Source: an uncultured bacterium (GTDB taxonomy: Bacteria; Fidelibacterota; Marinisomatia; Marinisomatales; UBA1611). Taken from it: a stretch of 64,000 nt of DNA. Positions 57,903 to 64,000 of the stretch are shown piece by piece (the first letter of the stretch is position 1; each line of letters starts with the position of its first letter). The stretch is taken from positions 256,001-320,000 of the forward strand of contig CBFIBM010000001.1 of NCBI GenBank assembly GCA_965660855.1, given 5' to 3'. The notes beneath the pieces are model-generated. The model was given only the letters and a program-made list of their open reading frames with translations, was not told the origin of the DNA and ran no database searches. The translations under genes and the position numbers were made by a program.

Positions 57903-58877
57903 ATGAGAAAGTATATATCAATATTTTTAATTCTGTCATCATTAACATACGGTAGAAAAATTATCGTAAAAATGGCAACCCTTGCACCAAAAGGAACAGA
58001 CTGGCATGGAATGCTAATTGAGATGGGTCAGGAGTGGAAAAAAATTACAAAAGGAAAAGTTCAATTAAAAATTTATCCTGGTGGCATTATTGGTGATGAA
58101 AGGGATATGGTTCGAAAAATGAGGATTGGTCAGATTCATGCGGCAGGTATTACAGCTGAAGGTCTTTCTGAAATTACTCCGGAATTTGGTGGGTATTTTG
58201 TACCATTAGCTTATCAGTCAACCAGTGATGTAAAAAGTGTTACAGATGCTCTTATGCCTCAGTTTAATGAGGGTCTTAACAAAAGTGGTTTTAAAATGCT
58301 TCATCTTGGAGAAGTGGGATGGGTATACTGGTTCTCAAAATTTACTATTAAAGAACCTGACGACCTTAGAAAAATGAAATTTTTTACTTGGGCTGGTGAT
58401 TTTAAATGGGAACAAGCTTGGAAAAAAGCAGGCTTTAACCCGGTTGCGCTTGCTTCAACTGATATTATTTCAAGTTTACAAACTGGTCTTATAAATACTA
58501 TACCTACCATGCCCATTTACGCTCTTGCACAACAATCATTTGGAATTGCAAATCAAATGCTTAACTTAAAATGGGGTGTGTTAATGGCTGGTATTGTGAT
58601 TGATCTAGATACATGGAATAGAATCCCAGAAAAATATCATGGTGACTTAATTAAAGTTGTAAATAATATTCAAACTAAATATAGTACGTTGAATTTAGAT
58701 TCAGAAAAAAAAGCAATTTCTGCAATGCAAAAATATGGTTTGACTGTTCATGAAATTAGTGATTCACAAAAATCAAAATGGTTTAAAGAAGTAGATAAAA
58801 TTGAGCCACTTCTTCGAGGTTCAATAATTCCTGAAAATATCTATGACACTGTAATAAAATTGACAAATAAGCAGTAA
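57903..58877 (+). CDS. dctP: TRAP transporter substrate-binding protein (DctP/TatP type)
   Basis: KMATLAPKGTDW, YPGGIIGDE..MVRKMRIGQ, SLQTGLI. Confidence 0.88.
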   Translation: MRKYISIFLILSSLTYGRKIIVKMATLAPKGTDWHGMLIEMGQEWKKITKGKVQLKIYPGGIIGDERDMVRKMRIGQIHAAGITAEGLSEITPEFGGYFVPLAYQSTSDVKSVTDALMPQFNEGLNKSGFKMLHLGEVGWVYWFSKFTIKEPDDLRKMKFFTWAGDFKWEQAWKKAGFNPVALASTDIISSLQTGLINTIPTMPIYALAQQSFGIANQMLNLKWGVLMAGIVIDLDTWNRIPEKYHGDLIKVVNNIQTKYSTLNLDSEKKAISAMQKYGLTVHEISDSQKSKWFKEVDKIEPLLRGSIIPENIYDTVIKLTNKQ

Positions 58878-58883
58878 AATATT

Positions 58884-60692
58884 TTGGTTCTTAAACCTTT
58901 TCAGATTTTAAAAGATTCATATCTCAAGTTTGAAATTATTTTGACCATTATTATTCTTTTTGGTATGGTCTTTCTTCCATTTATAGAAACTTTCACAAGA
59001 TTATTTAATCTCCCTAACATTCCAGCCTCTCAAGTATTAGTTCAGCATTTTACCTTATGGATTGCATTTCTTGGTGCAATAATTGCAACTAGAGATAATA
59101 ATTTACTGGCATTAACCAGATCTTCTATATTTTCAAAACAAGAAAGTTTTGATATTGGAAATAAAATAGCTCAATTAACAACATTTCTTGTTTTAATATC
59201 CTTAGCTTATGGAAGCTATGAACTGTTAAGAATTGAATTAACTGACTCAATAAATATCGCGCCGATGATCCCTAGGTGGTTTGCGCAAATAATTATGCCA
59301 TTGGGTTTTTTAATTATTGCATTAATTATTTTCATGAAGAGTTTCGAAGAATATATTTATAAAATATTAGCTTTCGTTATTTTGATTTTATTTTCGAATA
59401 ATTTTTTTATTGAATCGTTTATTGAACCTCTTCCAGTTAGATTGTTGGGCTTCTTAATTATTATGTTCTCCATCATAAAAGGCGCTCCTATTTTTATTGG
59501 ATTAGGCGGATTAGCAGTTCTCTTTTTTTGGTATGATTTTACTCCTATTGCTGCAATACCAGCTGAAGCTTATAGAATTGTGGTTTCTCCAACATTACCT
59601 ACCATACCACTATTTACTTTTGCAGGGTACCTTCTTGCAGAGAGTAATACTTCAGAGAGATTAGTGAAGGTTTTTAGAACTACATTTGGATGGATTCCCG
59701 GAGGAACACCTGTTGTAATTGTTTTCTTGTGTGGGTTTTTCAGTGCCTTAACTGGTGGATCTGGAGTAACAATTTTAGCCTTAGGAGGTTTATTAGTTCC
59801 CTTACTAATTAAAGAGGGTTATAGTAAATCATTTTCTATAGGGTTAATTACAGTTTCAGGAGCAATTGGACTATTATTCCCTCCAAGTTTGCCAGTAATT
59901 ATTTACGGTATCACGGCTGGAATTTCAATAAAAAATATTTTCATTGCAGGACTCATTCCAGGGTTTATATTAATCGCTCTAGTTTCAAGCTGGGCAATTT
60001 TTCAAGGAAAAAATCAAAATGTAATTAGAAATAGTTTCAATCTTAAAAAATCATTAACAGTATGTTGGGAAACTAAGTGGGAGCTAATTATTCCGGTAAT
60101 GATTTTAATGGGTATATTCGGAGGTTATTCTACATTAGTAGAAACGGCGTCGATTACTGTTCTTTATATTCTTTTTATTGAAATATTTATTTTAAAGGAC
60201 CTTAATGTTGAAGATCTTCCTAAAATTATTAGAGAATGTTCAAGCTTAATTGGAGGAGTTTTAATCATCCTTGGTATTGCGATGGGCCTTACTAGTTATT
60301 TGATAGATGCACAGATTCCACTAATTCTCCTGGAAAAAGCAAAAATTTTAATCAAGTCAAAATTTTTATTCTTACTTTTATTAAATGTTTTTCTTTTAAT
60401 TGTTGGTTGCCTTATGGATATCTTTTCTGCAATTATTGTTATAGTACCATTGATTGCTCCACTAGGAATACATTTTGGCATTGACCCAATACATTTGGCA
60501 ATTATTATTATAGCTAATTTAGAATTAGGTTTTTTAACTCCACCTGTTGGAATGAATTTATTCCTCGCAGCGTATCGCTTTAATGAGGATATGCCAACAA
60601 TTTATAAAGCGACATTGCCATTTTTTCTTGTAAAACTCTTTGTAGTTATTTTAATCACTTATTTACCATTTTTAACTTTATCTTTTTTTTAA
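58884..60692 (+). CDS. TRAP transporter fused small+large permease (DctQM)
   Basis: N-terminal DctQ-like 4 TM, then IPLFTFAG, GLLFPPSLP, GFLTPPVGMNLF. Confidence 0.9.
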   Translation: MVLKPFQILKDSYLKFEIILTIIILFGMVFLPFIETFTRLFNLPNIPASQVLVQHFTLWIAFLGAIIATRDNNLLALTRSSIFSKQESFDIGNKIAQLTTFLVLISLAYGSYELLRIELTDSINIAPMIPRWFAQIIMPLGFLIIALIIFMKSFEEYIYKILAFVILILFSNNFFIESFIEPLPVRLLGFLIIMFSIIKGAPIFIGLGGLAVLFFWYDFTPIAAIPAEAYRIVVSPTLPTIPLFTFAGYLLAESNTSERLVKVFRTTFGWIPGGTPVVIVFLCGFFSALTGGSGVTILALGGLLVPLLIKEGYSKSFSIGLITVSGAIGLLFPPSLPVIIYGITAGISIKNIFIAGLIPGFILIALVSSWAIFQGKNQNVIRNSFNLKKSLTVCWETKWELIIPVMILMGIFGGYSTLVETASITVLYILFIEIFILKDLNVEDLPKIIRECSSLIGGVLIILGIAMGLTSYLIDAQIPLILLEKAKILIKSKFLFLLLLNVFLLIVGCLMDIFSAIIVIVPLIAPLGIHFGIDPIHLAIIIIANLELGFLTPPVGMNLFLAAYRFNEDMPTIYKATLPFFLVKLFVVILITYLPFLTLSFF

Positions 60693-60848
60693 GGCAACTT
60701 AAATTATAAGACATTAAATAGTTGAACTTCTCGATTTTTAATATATATATTATATAAATAATTAACAGGACAAAGATATACCTATAACGATATCAGTTTG
60801 CAAGGGTGCTAGCTAAAAAATTATAAAATAGAATTAGGAGTTATTTTA

Positions 60849-62240
60849 ATGAAACGTTTAGGTATAATGTTATCTATGCTGATAACTATTTATAATCCAA
60901 CTTTCTCTCAAAGTGAAGCAGGAGCTATATTTCTTTTGATTGCACCAGGAGCAAGGGCAGGTGGAATGGGAGAGGCTCAAGTTGCAGTTGCAAATGATGC
61001 ATATGCTAGTTATTGGAATCCTGCTGGATTGGGTTTTCTTGAAGGGCAAGAATTAGCCTTAATGCATGTAAATTGGTTACCTGGTCTAGCAGATGATTTA
61101 TATTATGAATTTTTTGCATTTAGGAAAAAATACCCTACCCTTGGGACTTTAGGTGGCCATCTTATATTTTTAAATTTGGGAGAGCAGATTAGGACTAGTG
61201 AAACAGGAGATGAGCTAGGTACTTTTACCAGTTATATGACTGCATTTTCTTTATCTTATTCCGCTTTAATTTCTAGTACTCAATCGTTTGGTGTAAATAC
61301 TAAAATTTCATATCAACATCTTGTTGAAATTGGAGCAGGTGCAGAAAAAGGAAAAGGTACATCTATTGACTTTGGTTTTGATTTGGGTTATATGCATAAA
61401 GAATGGCTTATACCAAATTTAACTTTGGGACTCAATTTATCAAACCTGGGTCCAAAAGTATCTTTTATTGATCCTGATCAAGCTGATCCTCAACCAACAA
61501 ACCTCAGTATAGGGTTCAATTATGCAGCAATTAATAGTGAATTTAATAAACTAAATATTGTCTATGATGTTGATAAATTATTGGTTTCGTCTTACCCAGA
61601 TATGGATTGGGATGGAGATGGTTATATAGGGGGATTTGATGAAGATGGAAATGAGAGCCCATATAATGATTATAATTCTGATGGACAGATTGAAATAGCT
61701 CATACTGATCCTATTTATAAAGCCCTTTTAACCTCATGGGTTAACGATTGGATTCTTGGAGGTGATATTGACTATGGGTCTTCTAGTCCTGGTAATGGAG
61801 ACGGTATAATTGGTGGCTATGATTGGATTGATGGTAATGGTGATGGAAATATTGATGGCACTAAATGGTATGATTCAAATAGTAACAATGATGTTGACCC
61901 AGGGGAAGGAGAAATGGTTTTAACTGATGGTCAACCAGGAGATGAAGGTTGGGGTAAATATAATGAATATGGTATCAAAGAAAAAGGGAATGCTAAAGAT
62001 AGAAAGTTATCTGATGAATTAGATCGTTTAGTACACAATATAGGTATGGAATATTGGTATGGAGAATATTTTGCAATAAGATCAGGTTTTTATTATGATA
62101 AAACTGGAAAAATAAGTAACCCTACATTTGGAATTGGTTTGAGATTTTCTGGGTATGGTTTTGATTTTGGGTACACATATGGTGAAACTGGACACCCACT
62201 AACCAATACAATGCGTTTTTCATTGAACATGGAATTCTAA
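60849..62240 (+). CDS. porV: PorV-family outer-membrane protein with large acidic insertions
   Basis: AGGAG RBS, FLLIAPGARAGGMGE..AVANDAYASYWNPAGL, HPLTNTMRFSL C-terminus. Confidence 0.8.
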   Translation: MKRLGIMLSMLITIYNPTFSQSEAGAIFLLIAPGARAGGMGEAQVAVANDAYASYWNPAGLGFLEGQELALMHVNWLPGLADDLYYEFFAFRKKYPTLGTLGGHLIFLNLGEQIRTSETGDELGTFTSYMTAFSLSYSALISSTQSFGVNTKISYQHLVEIGAGAEKGKGTSIDFGFDLGYMHKEWLIPNLTLGLNLSNLGPKVSFIDPDQADPQPTNLSIGFNYAAINSEFNKLNIVYDVDKLLVSSYPDMDWDGDGYIGGFDEDGNESPYNDYNSDGQIEIAHTDPIYKALLTSWVNDWILGGDIDYGSSSPGNGDGIIGGYDWIDGNGDGNIDGTKWYDSNSNNDVDPGEGEMVLTDGQPGDEGWGKYNEYGIKEKGNAKDRKLSDELDRLVHNIGMEYWYGEYFAIRSGFYYDKTGKISNPTFGIGLRFSGYGFDFGYTYGETGHPLTNTMRFSLNMEF

Positions 62241-62252
62241 TCTATTTATTTA

Positions 62253-64000
62253 ATGCCTATTCTGATCAATTTAATTAGATCAATAATTTTACTTTTTTTA
62301 TTATCTTCATCCATAAAAACCGAAATAATAGATGAGATTCGGATTTGTGCGCTAAGAGTTTCTTTTAAAGAAGATTCATTACAAAGTACAACTGGAGATG
62401 GATCTTTTTTAAAAGAAAATTTAGGTATTGATTGTGGAGCTTATACTATCGATCCTCCACCTCATGATAAATCTTATTTTCAATCCCAGCTTATAGCAGT
62501 AAATAATTACTTTCGATCGGTTTCCTATGGAAATTTTGGTATAAATTTAAATGAATCAACTGTCTATCCAATAGGCAAAGATGATTCATTTATTTTGCCT
62601 AATAAAATGAACTATTACAATCCTTATGATAGCACAGAAGTTCAAGAAAAGTTAATAACTGATTTATTTTATGATGCATTATCCATCGCTGATTCTAATG
62701 GGATAAATTTTGAAAATTATGATTTAATCGTCGTTTTCCATGCTGGTATTGGACAAGATTTTTCATTACCATTTTTAGACCCAACACCAGAGGATATTCC
62801 TTCAACATATATTGATCAAAAAATGATCGAAAAGAATTTTAATGTATCTTCCTTTGAGATTGGTAATGCTCAAATTTCTGAAGGAATATTATTACCTGAG
62901 AGTCAAAATCATTTATTATATGATGTGGCAGAGTCTATGTTTTTAGATGCAAATGAACCATGTGAATATCAGTATGGTTTAACAGGAACATTTGCATTAA
63001 TGATAGGATTTGCAGTTGGTTTACCTCCAATGTGGAACATAGATACAGGAGAGAGCGGTATTGGAGTATTTGGTTTAATGGATCAGGGCTCTAATAATGG
63101 AAGAGGTATTATTCCAGCTCCACCTAATGCATGGACAAGAATTTATAGTGGTTGGGAAGTACCAATTACAACTGAATACCCAGACACTATTTTCCTTCCA
63201 TCAAGATCCGAGAATAAAGTTGTAAAAATTCCTATAAATAACAATGAATATTTTTTAATTGAAAACAGAAATAATAAAGTAGGCAATAAATATAGTTTAG
63301 ATTCAATCAGAGTATTAATGTCCAGTGATAATAATTATCCCCCTTATATAGAAGTCTTAATTGATTCTATTGGAATAAATAGAGATACAAATAATGTGAT
63401 AACATCAATTCCTAATTATGATATTGGACTTCCAGCGTCTGGTTTACTCATATGGCATATTAATGATGAGATTATTAATTCCAAAATTGAAAATTTTTCT
63501 ATTAACAAAGATCTTTCTAATCTTGGAGTTGATCTAGAGGAGGCTGATGGAGCACAAGATATTGGTTTTGAATCTGTCTTTGTATTTAATGATGTATCTT
63601 CAGGTTATTTTGGTGATGTATGGTTTAACGGTAATTCTCAGTATGAGTTGGCAAATTTTGAGATGAAAGGTATAAAGCCAAAATTTAGTTTTTCAACTAT
63701 ACCATCTACCATTTCCAGTAATGGTTCTGATAGTTTTATTGTAATTGAAAATATTTCTGCTCCAAAAGATACGATGGATTTTATAATAACTAATTCTTTG
63801 ATAGAAAATAACTTTCCGGATTATGAAGCTCATATTCTTTCTGTTTATGATTTAAATGCAGATGGATTTAATGAATATTTAGGTGGTCAAGACTCTTTAT
63901 TTATAGGAAGTATTACTAATAATAGTAAAAAAAAATTTCACAATATAATTGAAGATGATCTCGATGTGACAGTTACTGAAAATAATAATATTTTAGAAAT
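62253..64000 (+). CDS. Secreted M6 (immune inhibitor A-like) metallopeptidase homologue, 3' truncated by window edge; zinc motif degenerate
   Basis: Not in the ORF track (no stop within the window). Translation from ATG 62253 gives YFRSVSYG, VVFHAG.GQD, GLMDQGSNN, AWTR..GW, EYFLIENR, GLLIWHI and VDLEEADG, followed later by FG-GAP-like DLNADGFNE. Confidence 0.8.
   Translation, partial: MPILINLIRSIILLFLLSSSIKTEIIDEIRICALRVSFKEDSLQSTTGDGSFLKENLGIDCGAYTIDPPPHDKSYFQSQLIAVNNYFRSVSYGNFGINLNESTVYPIGKDDSFILPNKMNYYNPYDSTEVQEKLITDLFYDALSIADSNGINFENYDLIVVFHAGIGQDFSLPFLDPTPEDIPSTYIDQKMIEKNFNVSSFEIGNAQISEGILLPESQNHLLYDVAESMFLDANEPCEYQYGLTGTFALMIGFAVGLPPMWNIDTGESGIGVFGLMDQGSNNGRGIIPAPPNAWTRIYSGWEVPITTEYPDTIFLPSRSENKVVKIPINNNEYFLIENRNNKVGNKYSLDSIRVLMSSDNNYPPYIEVLIDSIGINRDTNNVITSIPNYDIGLPASGLLIWHINDEIINSKIENFSINKDLSNLGVDLEEADGAQDIGFESVFVFNDVSSGYFGDVWFNGNSQYELANFEMKGIKPKFSFSTIPSTISSNGSDSFIVIENISAPKDTMDFIITNSLIENNFPDYEAHILSVYDLNADGFNEYLGGQDSLFIGSITNNSKKKFHNIIEDDLDVTVTENNNILE

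Noticed and set aside
17991..60481. Numerous short ORFs (60-150 aa) antisense to or nested in long genes, e.g. 24058..24513, 45307..45630, 31552..31767
   Set aside because: They lie fully within well-supported genes on the other strand or frame and have no recognisable motifs.
1..64000. Selenocysteine machinery (selA, selB, selC, selD) and DsbD/CcdA electron donor
   Set aside because: I looked for these and did not find them in this window. The only tRNA seen is Arg(ACG), so they would have to be encoded elsewhere.

Overview
AT-rich bacterial chromosomal window with almost all genes on the + strand. The gene content suggests an FCB-group marine lineage, probably Marinimicrobia/SAR406 (inference): PorV, a T9SS/FlgD-type C-terminal domain, dockerin tails, a GWxTD protein and signal peptides followed by Gln. 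The main find is a ~14 kb cell-envelope thiol/selenol redox cluster at 2098-15916, which the ORF track breaks up. Three exported thioredoxin-fold genes carry an in-frame TGA at the first position of the redox motif (U-P-Y-C, U-P-S-C, U-P-S-C). Each TGA is followed by a small SECIS-like hairpin, while two adjacent paralogues have C-x-x-C at the same place. All five end in thrombospondin-type-3-like Ca-binding repeats plus a dockerin-like domain. They are interleaved with two TlpA-type redoxins, two DUF6029-like outer-membrane proteins with a C-terminal CxxGxC motif, and a propeller/SpoIIE sensor phosphatase. Next come tRNA-Arg(ACG) with a decayed integrase stub, an acidic-repeat OMP, a 4247-aa Ig-repeat surface protein and tadA. 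The rest is mostly housekeeping or envelope genes: sdaA, trxA-trxB, mreBCD-mrdA-rodA, a cpoB-like gene, glyA, a TatT-type TRAP system, porV and a partial M6-peptidase-like gene lacking HExxH. Family assignments come from motif recognition by eye; no searches were run.
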